NCBI GenBank assembly: GCA_002633005.1
Contig: NMRA01000942.1
Coordinates: 3,487 to 67,486, forward strand
Length of the DNA: 64,000 bases
Origin: Phoronis australis
Lineage: Eukaryota; Animalia; Phoronida
Direction: 5' to 3'
The position numbers were made by a program, and so were the translations under genes. Of this stretch, positions 1-14,000 are shown piece after piece. The notes beneath the pieces are model-generated. The model did no database searches. It saw only the letters and a list, made by a program, of their open reading frames with translations, and was not told the DNA's origin. How positions within the stretch are numbered: position 1 is the first letter of the stretch; each line of letters starts with the position of its first letter.

Positions 1-139
1 ATTAAGACTTATCAAAAACTTAACTCAAACTTAAGATCTTTTTCTTGAAACTATCTTGAGACAAATTTAAGTTTTCTGTTAAAATTTACTAAAAGTTAAG
101 ATTTATCTTAGCTAAGTCAGTTTTGTTGGAACGGACCAC

Positions 140-1357
140 AGGTCTAAAGAAAAATACCTCGTTGGTGAAATGAACACTGACTTGGACCAGGTCTAAAGTG
201 GAGTTAAACCAGGTTTTAATAGAACACTGGTCTAAAAGTTAAACCACCTTTATGAAATGCACATTATCTTTAAACCTGGTCTAAGTCCGATATAGGTGCT
301 AATGAGTGATGCCATGGTGTGCAGTTACGACGGACTATTTTGAATATTCAAGTTTAGGACGACACAAGATCAAACATAACAGGGGGCCGGGGATCAAGAA
401 TTTTTAAAGTGGGAGAGTCGGATCAAGGATGTTTAAAAGGATGGTCTGGGTCAACAATTTCAAAAGTATAGACTTAATATCACTCATATCAAGGAAAAAG
501 AGGGTCCGGGCCCCTTGAATCCCTGAATCACCTATACGTAGACGAGTACGTACTGAAATGTGTCCTTCGGGTTCCTAAGAATATGACGGGTCGAGCAGAG
601 CGTCATCGTCGAAAGCGCTACGGGTATGACTGAAAAAGGCATCTAATGATTCTTCTGACGCAGTTCCATATCAGTTGGTCCCTGATTTAAGGTTGCCAGG
701 CAGGGGTCCTCCCCCACCCCTTTGACGGCAAAAGAGAAGTAAAATGACACGGAAATGTGTGCATCTACTATGCTGCGGCTAATTTTGAGCAAGTACTTTA
801 ATGTGTGTCTGTGTGGTGGACACAGACAATACAAAATGAAAAATGTCTCCCCATCATATCTTATATCTGCCACTGGGTCCCTCACCGTTTTTCTGGGCAT
901 TTTTTCCACTGATGAAATTTTCTTTCTGGCCTTCATTCTGGAGCAACATCTCTCCAAGCCTGCTGCTTACGTTGACTTGATTTGGCATCAATTTTTTTGT
1001 TCTCTATGACATTGGCTTTTTCTCTGATAAGTTATGGGAGAAAAGCTTTTAGCCCTTTTTGGAAAACGTCTACACTGATTCTTCTGCTGTGCGCCATTGT
1101 GTATCCATGTGATCAAGGTTTCATTGAAGCACTTCAATAGTTTCTTTGTTGTGTTAATCCCTATCAGCACAGCAGGGTAGGTCGGATACATTAACCTGGT
1201 TTTACCAAACCCGCTATACTGTCTAACAAAAACCAGGCTTTCTGACTTTTAAACCACGTTGGTGAAAGGCAAGTTAGGCCTGAAATTAGACCAGGTTTAG
1301 GAAGGCTAGGTTTAAGTCTTATCCTGGTTTTGTAAAACCATCTTTATGGAATCGGGT
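140..1357 (-). mobile_element. PIF/Harbinger-like non-autonomous element with Myb/SANT-like DNA-binding remnant
   Basis: Many aaaccaggttt/tttatgaaa subterminal motifs at both ends. Minus ~875-1095 translates LIREKANVIENKKIDAKSSQRKQQAWRDVA...KARKKIS...RKT, resembling MSANTD3/Myb_DNA-bind_5. Confidence 0.65.
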
Positions 1358-1979
1358 GTTGGTGTCTTCATCACAAATGAGGAAGTGGTTAGAGTCTACT
1401 GAAATGGTGTGCTGGCCTTCGACAAGGATTATGTCTACAACAACAGGTTCCTACCCTAACATGTTTTCACAACGCAACGGTTATATCGCAAGCCGTACCG
1501 CTTTATCTACTTTGTTTATAATGGTGTTTGTTTTAATAAGACAGATGTTAAAACACATTTTGTCACCGCCGTGTTGAATGCGTTCAGTTTACAAATTCAG
1601 TTCTAAACACCAGTCACAATTTCGAAGTTCATTTTTAGTGGAATAAATCAACTTTGTTGAAGTTTCCATGTCATTATTTATCTCTTTAGAGTCAAACTAT
1701 TAGTTAGTTGTGTACATCACAATATTGAGTTGAAAGCAGACCTGTGCAATAATTGTTCTTCATTTAGCTCCCTGGCCTCATGACGACCAAGTCCAATTGA
1801 ATATTATTCTTGGGGTTGGAACAATTCCAGGGCTGTGCCACTTAAATACAACTTCGACCGCGGAGATCCTGAAGCAAGTACTGTAAACATGAAATCCGTG
1901 GTAAAAATTACACGCGTGTACCTCAAAACCTCACACCTGGGGATCAAACTTTGAACCTGAACTGCGGGTCAGGGTAAGG

Positions 1980-2902
1980 AATCTGTATCCTGTGTATGAA
2001 GTTTAGCCTCGAGATTGGCAGCGCCTATGTGCAGTTTTGGAGGTGCGATGGGATTGTGGCACTGGGTTGGTGTTTGATAGTCAAACATTGGGGTGCAGGG
2101 AATCGTAGCGAAAATTTAGGGGCACGAGCATGGACTTGTTTCAACACCCTGTTTAATGACACAGTATTTTTCCAAACTGTTGCCAAAGAAACTTAAAAGC
2201 TTTATATTCGTGGAAAGCCTTTGAACTGTGCCATAAAACATAACGATCTTAAAGGAGAATGCCACCCGATTTAATTAGTCTTCTTACCGTCTTAATCGGT
2301 CTATATCTACATCGCCTCGCATTCGGTCGACCTTACCTTGTCGAGAGGTGTCGCGTTAACCTGTGAGGAAGGTGAGAAACGACGTAACGACGTCAGTGGT
2401 TCATTTGCACAGTGCATGCCGTTGTGTTGCGGTGCATCGTTNAATCTGTATCCTGTGTATGAAGTTTAGCCTCGAGATTGGCAGCGCCTATGTGCAGTTT
2501 TGGAGGTGCGATGGGATTTGTGGCACTGGGTTGGAGTTTGATAGTCAAACATTGGGGTGCAGGGAATCGTAGCGAAAATTTAGGGGCACGAGCATGGACT
2601 TGTTTCAACACCCTGTTTAATGACACAGTATTTTTCCAAACTGTTGTCAAAGAAACTTAAAAGCTTTGTATTCGTGGAAAGCCTTTGAACTGTGCCATAA
2701 AACATAACGATCTTAAAGGAGAATGCCACCCGATTTAATTAGTCTTCTTACCGTCTTAATCGGTCTATATCTACATCGCCTCGCATACGGTCGACCTTAC
2801 CTTGTCGAGAGGTGTCGCGTTAACCTGTGAGGAAGGTGAGAAACGACGTAACGACGTCAGTGGTTCATTTGCAGAGTGCATGCCGTTGTGTTGCGGTGCA
2901 TC
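1980..2902 (+). other. Tandem near-identical duplication (~460 bp) joined at the single N at 2442; probable haplotype/assembly overlap
   Basis: 1980-2441 approximately equals 2443-2902 with few SNPs. Confidence 0.8.
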
Positions 2903-4379
2903 GGTCCCGCTTGTCTGAACTATGCAGCAATAAGGAAAGCGGGTTCATCGTTTTTACGGCTTCTTCAAAAGTCCGAAATGCTTAGGACGTGGCTGGCGGT
3001 AGTGAAGAATGAAAAGTACGCTTTTAATAGCAAGTACGAGGTCGTGAAACATCTCCGTGTCTGTGGCCGGCAGTCGTCTACAGTGAGTCTGACGAATGCC
3101 GGCTTACCAAAGAACTATCCAAGCGTTCCGTTGTGTGTGCAAGTTCACGGCACCTTTCTAGTATTTCTTGATCACTGTATTCCGGTTCGAACTGATAGCC
3201 TGTGAAACTTAACGACCCACCTCCGAAATCTTCGTCGGATGAACTCTCGTCTGGAAGTCAGGATTCTGTTGACGTTCTGCGTTCTGTTTCAAAATGAAAT
3301 ATTCTCGCCCTAACCGATGCTAATATAAAACTGAAACGAAGTCTGTCTAATTAGATACAATTTGTAATGCCTTTGGAATATTCGTGAGCGCAAATGTTTT
3401 GAGAAGCCAGCAATGGGTAAACCGCTGCGTTACCGGCCTTAGATTCAATAAAGGTAATTGACTGGGCACCGACCGAGGCCGTGTGAGCGCATGCTAATTC
3501 AGTGTTTACTGACAGAAACTGTTGTGAAACAATAACTCGATTTTCTATCCCACAGCCAGGTGTTAGGGGAATCTTTATTTACATATACAGTATTCAAATA
3601 ATGACTGTCAATGTACAACTTCTGCCCTGACGGTTCTGTGGCAAAAGGGGAACCTGAATTCGCGACCCCCGACGAGATAAGTAGATTTGCAGTTTCAACA
3701 TAATCACGCGCACATTACTTCTTTGGCTCACTATTATAGTACTTTCTTGATTGGAAATTTAGTTTCCAACTTTTGCTGGTTTATGTTCATGATGTCTTCA
3801 GTACGGCCACGACGGGCCTGATGGGGTTCCGAGCCACTGGCCGGGATAACGAGTCGGTCCGGCCGCGACGACTCTGATCGGGTTCCGAGCCACTGGCCGG
3901 GATGACAAGCGTTTTATGTGTTTAGAACTTAAAAATTACAAGTCTAAACAACACAAATCTCGGTTCTCCTGTCTGTATTTCACGGAAGAATACTTCGAAT
4001 TTATCTACGAAAAGACCCCAAACTCCTGCTACGGACCTTATTGGCCTGCCGAACTTTGTAGGCTACGGTGTGTCTAAATACCAATAAATCCGTAACAGCG
4101 AAACAAAACAACACGTTTTTATAAAACTTCGGTGTATTTTTACGGGTTCTACATCGAAGTTTGATGATTTATTGGTTTTAAACGATGAATTCAAGCGATA
4201 AGCTGACATTGACACTAGTAACCCGTGTTGTGAACTGCTAGTGAACAGACTGCGTGGATAATTTCGACACCTCCGTCTGCCGTCAGGTGTCAGGTAACGC
4301 AACCGAAGGTGCCGTTATGGAGTAGAACTACTCGATCTAAATTCATACAAAATAGGTTGTTTTTGAGTGGCATACTCCT
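2717..4379 (+). mobile_element. Kolobok-like non-autonomous DNA transposon (~1.66 kb) with decayed THAP domain
   Basis: TTAA on both sides (2713-16, 4380-83); TIR AGGAGAATGCCAC / GTGGCATACTCCT; THAP-like remnant SFLRL...WL...LRVCGRQ; a second full copy at 28210-29917. Confidence 0.8.
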
Positions 4380-7052
4380 TTAAGCCGTCTTAGACCGTTT
4401 TCTCAAGTGTATTCAGATTGTGAATTTTAAATTATACACAATGTATTTGTCAGTTTTTAAGTAATGGACTTCCAAGTGGCGAAATTTTGTATCGCTTCTT
4501 TTCTCACCACCTCACCTGTGACTTTCTCAAGTCATGTATCTCAAGTACTTATTTGCACTTTGTCCTGCGGCTAAGATAATTTAAATCATTTGTTTTTATC
4601 GTTACAGAACCTATGACCTAACTCAAACGAAGTGCTGTTTGTGTAGTCTGAGATTACTCTGTGAAACCTAAGTATGCACATATCCACCCTGACATGGCAA
4701 AGCGTTTTTATTATTTTTTTCTTTGTTGTAGCTAGGCCCGCGTTTACTGTCAGTAAGCTTATTGGAATGACTTTTCTTGTCAGCGTCAACAGAACGGACG
4801 ATCCCGATGGGTAAGTGGTTGAGGTTTTAACGGCTACCTTTGGACAGGGCAGCATGGCTGCCTCGTCTTTCCCTCCTGAATTCCGTGAAACAAGTGATGC
4901 CGAGTTCACTGTATTGTGGGGACCAAAGAAATTATTTTCGTTGATCAAGTAGAATTCGGCGTTCACTACCTGAAGTCTCCCAAATATTGTTATTTGAAAC
5001 ACTCACATGGGTTGGGCATTTTTTTATTTCGCTCTCTTACACAAAACATTTTACTCATCTGGGAGAGTTTTACAGAAGAAAGTCTAGCTTTTACCTTGCA
5101 GATTTCTGAAGTAGGCCCCTACCTGTAATATGATTCAAATTTTGTGTACCATCGGTGTTTTCCCGTAAAGGGAACCACCTCCACAGCCCTTGTATTTGGA
5201 ACTGGAATTTGCTCTTTTCTATTAATCCATGGACCCTTAGAAAACAACTACAGTTTGAAAAATTGGGAATTGCACGTGAAAATATTAGACCACTCGATCG
5301 ACAAAGTTGTCATAGGCTCTAGAACACATGTAGTTAGTAAGCTCTTATTCAAGATTTAATTTTTCACTTTTGACATTGCCAGTTATTCCCTTCCCATAGT
5401 TACGGCAAACAGGTGTTCGTGCGGTGCCGCGACATTAGGAGCCATTTGCTAGTGCCAACGTCTTTGTATGCTTATGACTGTGATCTGCTAGTGTATGGGG
5501 GCACGAGGCGAACAATGCAGGTATTCAATCTTTTTTGTGATAGTGTACGGATGTGCTCTCGTTTATCGCTGTCGCTTGAATTCAGACCGTTACGTCTAAG
5601 GAGCTGTCAAGAGTAGACGTGTTGGTGTGCCTCCGCTTATCCTTCGCACGAGGTTTTCTGAATCAGTAGTTGCCAGTATGCTATGTTGTCAACCCGATGC
5701 CATTCGTTTCTGCACACATTCGTTCCACTTTAAAGTTGGACGTTTGTCTGCCAGGCGGAAGGCGACAGAGAGCGGAAGTGGATTGTATTTGGATGCGCGT
5801 GAGCCAGCAACCTTGGATACAGTCTCTATGAACACCAATTCTCAGTTCTGAATGTACGTTGTATATCAGTATTTTGTTTTTATTTCAAATACACTCTTAT
5901 TGTTCCTTCAGTCCAGTTATGAGTTGCGTACCCACCAGACACTGTTTGTGGCTAAGGAGACACATTGTTGGTACAGCGGCTTTATTTTTGTTTTCTTCAG
6001 TTGCATGGCAACAGTTAAAACCAAGATGCTGAGACCAGACACGCCACGTAACGAATCGGTCAGAATCATGGTTGGACGTTGTGATTATGGGCCTCTAACG
6101 TTTCATGTCACACCTGAGATTCGACCAGAAAACGTGGTATGATTAGTGCAGTCGACCATTGCATGTAAATAATATTGCTCACATATGAAATCACCTTCGT
6201 TCAAACCTATGTAGATCAGCGACACTGCTTAATTTTATGTTCTATTTCAGTTCAGGGAAACTGCTTAATTTTTATGTAATACTTTATTGGTTGCCATTAG
6301 TTTTGCTGGTCACTTCGTGCTGTATGTAAGATTCCACAGTTTTAACCGAAATCTTATCTTAATTGACTTTGGTGGGTCTATCGGCTAAGACATTCAATTG
6401 GTTCGTAAGTCGTCATCGAGAGCCAATCCGATATCTTAGTCACCGGGTTGTACCAGGAACCCGCGGAGTCAAACTAACAGCAACTGTGTGTAAAGCACAG
6501 CTCATCAGCAGTTTATGTTTGTCTTCCAGAAGGTGTATCTTACCTTCTATTCGGCAGCCATTCTCGATGCTTCGCCACCCACCTGTTCAATAGCGTTCCC
6601 GGGTTTCTCGTACAAAATTCCTGCAACAACCAACATATCCGAGTCTCTTCTGCCAGGCTGTTTCACCATGGAGTCACGTGAGGGCTACCACATGACCTAC
6701 TATTGGTTTCATATTCTGGACTGGACGTTTGCCTGAATTATTGTGCTTATATTGACTTAACCGACATGCTTTATCTAAACCGAGTTCATTAGCGTCACTG
6801 TTTCTTGAAGTAGTGAGCGTTTACGTAGAGATGATCAATTCTTATTATTATATTTCGTTCAACATGTGTCCCGGCAACGTATCATTCGTTACTAGCGCTT
6901 TGAGACCAAAGTGAAAAGGTAGAAAATGATACGCTTACTGAATACTGCAGCATGGACTCAACCAGATTGGGTTAATGTTCACAAACTATTAAGGAAACAG
7001 TGTGGCACAGTGGGATAAGTGTCCTCTTCCTTTAACCAAGGTGATCGGTTCG

Positions 7053-8803
7053 TGTTCCACTGGGGCACACTGCTTGACACTTGAGTCAGGTCCTCTAGCT
7101 CTTTCAGCTCGGTTTCCGCCATACATTAACAAGAGCAACGCGGAGCGTTTATATGCGCCCACCTTGTGCGTCGCCTATTGCGCAGATAAAAAGGATGGCC
7201 GCCACTACAATAACTCTGACACTCAATTGCCATTGGTAGACATTACGTATATTTTCATACAGTTTCATGTGCCTCATGCAGGGCAGCAAATACAAACGAA
7301 AATCCAATGTACTGTGGGACCTGCAAGGTTACATTAGTCTTTTTTGTTTTTGGAATTTGGCGACACTAAAAGGACGTTTGTTCACGTACCGTCTTGCTGC
7401 AAATGTGTAGGTTGAACAAGCTGTACATTTTTATCATTCGTGTGTAAAGCTCAGAGCAATAAACTTTAAAAGAGGCCTGGAACGCGATAAATAGACAAAA
7501 CTGCAACATCGAAAGTGGTTCTCTGCCACTGAAACAGAACTCAACTTGCTCACCAGATAGTTTTTGGATTTGTTCCTAAAGGTTTTTAATTTCTTTTAAA
7601 GCATTTTCTTTTAGTTTCAGATCTCAAAAATATTATCTGTTAAACTGCTCGCCACTTCGTCGATTCTACTCCTACAAAGCAGACAATGTCTCCTTATTGC
7701 AAGACATAGACATACCACATTTCCCTAACATCGAAAATGTGACCTTTGACCTCAAGCGACTTGCAATTACTTGTGAGCGCATGCGCGCACTTATCATAAA
7801 TGGGAGGGAGATTAGAAACTCTGTTTAATGCTAATTTCTAGTTAACAGACGTGCAATGAATTTGATGAATTTTGATGAATATTCGTCGACGCTGACAAGC
7901 GTTCCCTGTTTGATGGAGAGCTTCACTGNGTTCCACTGGGGCACACTGCTTGACACTTGAGTCAGGTCCTCTAGCTCTTTCATCTCGGTTTCCGCCATAC
8001 ATTAACAAGAGCAACGCGGAGCGTTTATATGCGCCCACCTTGTGCGTCGCCTATTGCGCAGATAAAAAGGATGGCCGCCACTACAATAACTCTGACACTC
8101 AATTGCCATTGGTAGACATTGCGTATATTTTCGTACAGTTTCATGTGCCTCATGCAGGGCAGCAAATACAAACGAAAATCCAATGTACTGTGGGACCTGC
8201 AAGGTTACATTAGTCTTTTTTGTTTTTGGAATTTGGCGACACTAAAAGGAAGTTTGTTCACGTACCGTCTTGCTGCAAATGTGTAGGTTGAACAAGCTGT
8301 ACATTTTTATCATTCGTGTGTAAAGCTCAGAGCAATAAACTTTAAAAGAGGCCTGGAACGCGATAAATAGACAAAATTGCAACATCGAAAGTGGTTCTCT
8401 GCCACTGAAACAGAACTCAACTTGCTCACCAGATAGTTTTTGGATTTGTTCCTAAAGGTTTTTAATTTCTTTTAAAGCATTTTCTTTTAGTTTCAGATCT
8501 CAAAAATATTATCTGTTAAACTGCTCGCTACTTCGTCGATTCTACTCCTACAAAGCAGACAATGTCTCCTTATTGCAAGACATAGACGTAGCACATTTCC
8601 CTAACATCGAAAATGTGACCTTTGACCTCAAGCGACTTGCAATTAATTGTGAGCGCATGCGCGCACTTATCATAAATGGGAGGGAGATTAGAAACTCTGT
8701 TTAATGCTAATTTCTAGTTAACAGACGTGCAATGAATTTGATGAATTTTGATGAATATTCGTCGACGCTGACAAGCGTTCCCTGTTTGATGGAGAGCTTC
8801 ACT
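7053..8803 (+). other. Tandem near-identical duplication (~875 bp) joined at the single N at 7929
   Basis: 7053-7928 approximately equals 7930-8803. Confidence 0.8.
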
Positions 8804-11047
8804 GTACGAGTGATTTCCTGGTGTCAACACCGTACCTCGAAGAAAAGACGCTGTTATTTTCGCTGTTTAACTCACTTAAAATACTATTTATGAACGACAT
8901 ATGTCCCGAGTAAGATAGAAATGATACGTCCATCACAAGCTCGTTACAAGAGATGAACAGGAGACGGAGATAGGCTTATAAAGTCATTTTTATGATTAAT
9001 ACAATTACAAGAATACATAGTGAAAAAACATAATGAATAATCATAATCTCTGGCAAGATGAGCAGTAAAATATCGCCACGAGAGATGTTGTAAGACAGCT
9101 CATGCCCATTTCCGTTTCGTTTCAATCAAAAATCATAAAACGGATCACAAGGTTAGTTAAACCGAGTGCAATCGAACATGAAACTCAAATAATGTGCATT
9201 CAGCACAACTACAGATATTTCAAACATAAATGAATTTTCTATGAATCCTTGATTGTGCACCACCACCTAAAATGACCGCCGTAGTGAGTGACAGCTGACT
9301 GATGCATTATGGGTACTCACTCAACTGCTGCCCCATGTAATGAGGTTTCTGCGGAATCCCCGCCCACTTTAAAACTAATGGTAAAATATGGGAAACTCAA
9401 GCAGCGCTGAACGTTAGAAAACGTTTATGTTGTAGTGATACACGTATCTTTCGGCTTAGGAATATCATCCTTTGTTCAAAATTCATGAATGAAAAGGACA
9501 GAGTATTTTTAAAACAAGAAAAATTAATGTGATCAGGTACAAAAGCAGACACATATATGAAGGGTACCACGAACATTATTGAGGATTCACAGCTGGAAAA
9601 CTCCAGTCAATGAAAAAAATACCACACAGGAATCATTTTCAAGTACCAAGACAACAAAAAGGTGACTACTTAGAGTTCCTTGCTTGAATGAAAAGACGAT
9701 CATGTCAAGTTTACTTTCTCTCTGTCTCACCGGTGTATACTGTACACAATGTATGTGTGTATTTATGTCCCATTGCGTGTGAGATTAACGTTTTATATTG
9801 TCATTGATAGCAATGTACAAGTTCTGATGACGTAATGTGAGTAGCGCCGCAGCTCAAAAAACGTGGTCAAGTGTGCGGTTGGCAACCTTAGCATTTTTGT
9901 ATACTGAGCTCCGTTCTCTGTTTGAAAATGTGTTGCTGTTCTGTGTATACTAATTCAAACACTGGGGAAATTTGGTGACACATTAAAATTGCGTGACAAC
10001 TGAAAACAAATTATTATGCTTATTTGATACTAGTTCTGTATGTCTTTCCAATAAACAGCCGTTTATGCCTCATGTCTGGTGTCGTTTTCTTCACACATCG
10101 ACGATTATGTCATAACGACGGCACCTGTTTAACTTACAACCGTACACAGTTATTAGGGAATGGTGGAGCTTTGAAAAAAGTGTGTAATAGTTGATGCTTT
10201 GTTTTACTTTCAAAGCGTCTTAAATCCGCCAAACACTGCTCGATTGATTAGGCCATTTGTTGGAAAGTTGCTTTCAAGCTTCAAAACTACGAAGCGCCGG
10301 ACTTGTAAGGCTGCTTAGCAGCTGATCCCCAGCACCAGTTGCAGCACTTTCGACCTCAAGAGTTGCCATTTCAGAAAGTCCGTCTAACCAAAAAAAAACA
10401 GTTGGTGCGCTTTACAGAGTCATTAGCCTGCAGTCGCGTCCTTGTTCAGGGTAGTTTCCCGTCACCAACACCTGAATTGACATACGAGTTGCACTGACTC
10501 TCATTTGCACTCACGACTTCAATTATTGTTCGACTGTACCTGACACGACAGGAGAGCAGTATACACTGTAGTTTGTTCATGGGTTTCAGTCAGTGACTAC
10601 ACAAAAGCCAAACGACTTTGACCAGTCTTTTAAGATATAGGCATAGCCAGAAATAGTAAGTTACGTTGACGCCATCGTTTCATGCCCTCCACTCATTCAT
10701 ATGCTAACGCAACACCTCTTCTTTTGGTGCGGCGGAAAAAGCACGATGTGACGTACATGTAGAAACACAGAGATTAAAATGCTGAAAAACGAAATTAAGT
10801 CGGGTGGCACATACCTTTAATGATATACTGTGCAAATTTTTGACAGAGTCTGATACAAGTTACACATTAGAAACATACTTCTAAAATTCGACTGTACTCA
10901 CCAGAGAATATGTCGAAACAAACAAAATGGATATTTCTGTTTAAATGATGTATTTAACTGAACATATTTAATTGAAAACTCAATTATCATCACGCCAGGA
11001 AGGTCGTACAGTTGGTCAAGTCGAAACCATAGTCAGTTACAGTCACG

Positions 11048-11057
11048 TTAACAAAGT
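11048..11057 (-). CDS. Gene A exon 8, coding part (G-L-C-stop)
   Basis: Strong acceptor attcacttctatttcag|A CTT TGT TAA completes CAKTCGLC; the homologous site in B gives GVC*. Confidence 0.8.
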
Positions 11058-14000
11058 CTGAAATAGAAGTGAATACAGAGAACTGTAACAAAAATGTTGC
11101 ATTAAAAAGGAACAATAATCAAATAAACAACGGTAAAGTATATTAACATAAAAAACTTCGAAACCATTTAAAGTTTTAAGCATTCAACGACCTCTTTGCA
11201 ATTCTATAATTGATTTGGCAAAAAGATCAATTATCCTGCTTTTTCCGATGCCTAATCATCAAACAATATATTTAATCTTTGACACTTAATGCGTTTTGCA
11301 CTGCGGTAAAATCAATCGGGTAAAATAATATAAATATTGTTCTAAATGGTTAGGCACATCGCGAATCATTTCGGGCTTCCCATATACATGTACACCCTAA
11401 CACTGTAGCAATAAAGATTGCCAGTTATGACTTTGATTTATGATAATGACTATTTTGGGGGAAAACTTGCTCATTTCCTTCCATTTCTTCATTGAACACC
11501 GAGAAAAGTTTCATGTCCGTTGGATCTGAGCCGGATGGGAAGCCCGACAGTCGCGTGATGCGTGAGCAACACAACAGTTAGTCACACGATATCTGCGGAG
11601 TCGTGATTTCAGGAACATGGCATCAAAGCACTGATTGTTTACGTGTCAATATTTCATTAATTAGTTAAAATTTCTGGGTTTCAATATTTGGCCGCACAGA
11701 ATTAAGTTTTGTGGACAGTTGACGAAGTAGTAAACGTGACGTGAGCAGAAAATGTCTAACTATCATTAGACATTGCTAGTTTGTAAGTACGTGGGGATTT
11801 CAGGAAAATCTAGCATGATGGGAAAGATGATCAGATGAGTGAGAGCAGAAGCACACATTTCGCTGCTTGGCCTTATCGTCTCGTTTTCTAGTGGTCCAGA
11901 CGTTACTACCGTAACAATACCAACATAACGGGTAGAGGCTAGGTGAATAATGACGTAAGGGCTTGTGCGTACGCTCACAGATTTCGTCCATTGAAAGTAT
12001 ACGGAGTTGACGGTCCATGTACTATAGGCTATGGTGTAACGAAAGCTTGATTTATACCACAATCCATACCAAAGAAACATGGCACTGTATCCGACGTTTA
12101 GTTTTCACCAACTTATTTATTCACGAATTCTCTTAGCGAGAACCGTGTCATTCTTCCAGTACGTTTATAGCGAAACTAACGAAACGGAAACCTACAAGCG
12201 CAATTGGTTGGTTGTATCTCGTGAAAAGTCAAGGCGTGAACAGTTGTACGAATCAGCAGGGACTGAGTTCATTCTACACCGTGATCGTATTTTCACGTAT
12301 TCACCGGAGATATCAGTTCAGCTAACTACCATTTGAGGCAGCCAGCTGAGATTGAAGTCCCTCGTCTGCACAGGCGCTAGAAGAACTACAGGCAAAATTG
12401 TCAACAATGTACCAGTAGCATTTGATAATTTGTTTTCGGGTATTCAATACACGGAGGATTTTTAAAATCAATGTCATATTTGCCGAGTCATTAACGGTAT
12501 TGGTGTTTGACTGAAGTCAATAAGGAACTAAACGACAAACCATGCTTAAGATTTCAATGACGTTTCATTGTATTATGGGTAAATCATCGTCAACTTTTAT
12601 CATTCAGGGTAGAACTAAGCAGTTGGTTTCACCTAAAATATCTTCCACAAAAGAGACAGTACTGAATAATCACATATCGCGTCTTAAACAGCGCAGATAT
12701 GTACGATAAGTTCGGATTTTGTACTTTAACTTTCGATTTAAAATCTTACCGAACAATCCTTCTCATTTTAAATAGTCAAGAGACCTATTCTAGGTTTCAC
12801 AATGGAAACAGTAGCTCGGTGTGCAATATTGGACCGAGCGAAAATGTAGACAGTCAACAGGAGGCGCTGTTCAAGACTGATATTCAGACAATCCTTATAT
12901 TGGAGAGCCAGCGTCTGCCGGAGTAATTGCCTATTAAAAACGTGAACCGGATTATTCGGTATACGCTTCCAGACCGAAATGAAGCGTAGAAGAAAACTTG
13001 GCAATTCCAAACGTTTCGAAGTTGTTGCTTTCCAAGAAACAGGAGGATACACACAGTACAAACTTCCCCTTAAACATTCTCTCGGCGTGAAACCGGTATT
13101 AGAACTTCTAGTCAAATGCCTTCACTCCAGTTACCAGTGGGTAGGAAAACAGTGCGCTGTTGAAATTTGTAGCATGATTATCTAGTCTGCTTTGCAGTTG
13201 TCAAGATTGTAAAAGGCGTGATGGTAACAAGATGGTAAAAATTGATAATATTAACACAGATTTTTTGGGGATATAGTATCTTTGATATTAAGGAAATTTG
13301 ATAATTTGTAACAAAGTTAGGCAATTACTTTAATAAATGATTCATATCTTACCCGCAGGTCTTTGCACACACCTCCGTGGCGAGTTCACCCTCGAAGCTT
13401 TGTACGTTGCACAAGCTTGTCCACCGTGCACCACAAAATATACGGATATCTTTGCACTCATCTGTAGTGTAGTAATCAAAGTGAATATGATCAGCGAAGG
13501 GCAGATCTATTTTCTCGTAAGGGAGGAGGTGAATTAAAACCAATACGAAAGGAAAGCGTGGGGCAGTGGACGTAAGTTAAGTAGTAACCTTAGACAGAAA
13601 AAAACTCCCTAATATTTTTTTCTTTCAGAAAATAATTATAAGCTTTTAGCAGTTGACAAAACCGAATCTATAAATACGAGTTAGATCGGAGGCCACTGGT
13701 TTGGTATAACCCTAAAGGGTTTTCATGTCACTTTTAATTATTCGTGAGTTCAGTGAATGTAAACATTTGGCGTGACACTGATCATGGGAATTATCTTGTA
13801 AATAATCCATTCATTCAACTTTTAGATTTTTAAAACGTCTATGTTACGTATAAGATGCTACTAATAGATGCCTATATGCCAAATTTTATGAAAACACGTT
13901 AAGGACCTTTGAAGATATAGAGGTAAGCGTAAAAAATTTAAAATTGCCACTAGGGGGCACACCGGAAGTCGGATCCGTGCGAAACGTTGCTGATGTCGTC

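Noticed and set aside
4586-6736. Cluster of overlapping short ORFs
   Set aside because: Possibly a decayed transposon, but no motif could be recognised; left unannotated.
11766-12336. Possible THAP-like remnant in gene A's last intron
   Set aside because: The Cys/His spacing is too degraded to support a call.
12768-13165. Sequence conserved between A and B (SNTGFTP) as an alternative last exon
   Set aside because: The frame is not preserved between paralogs, it supplies no terminal Cys, and introns are generally alignable anyway.
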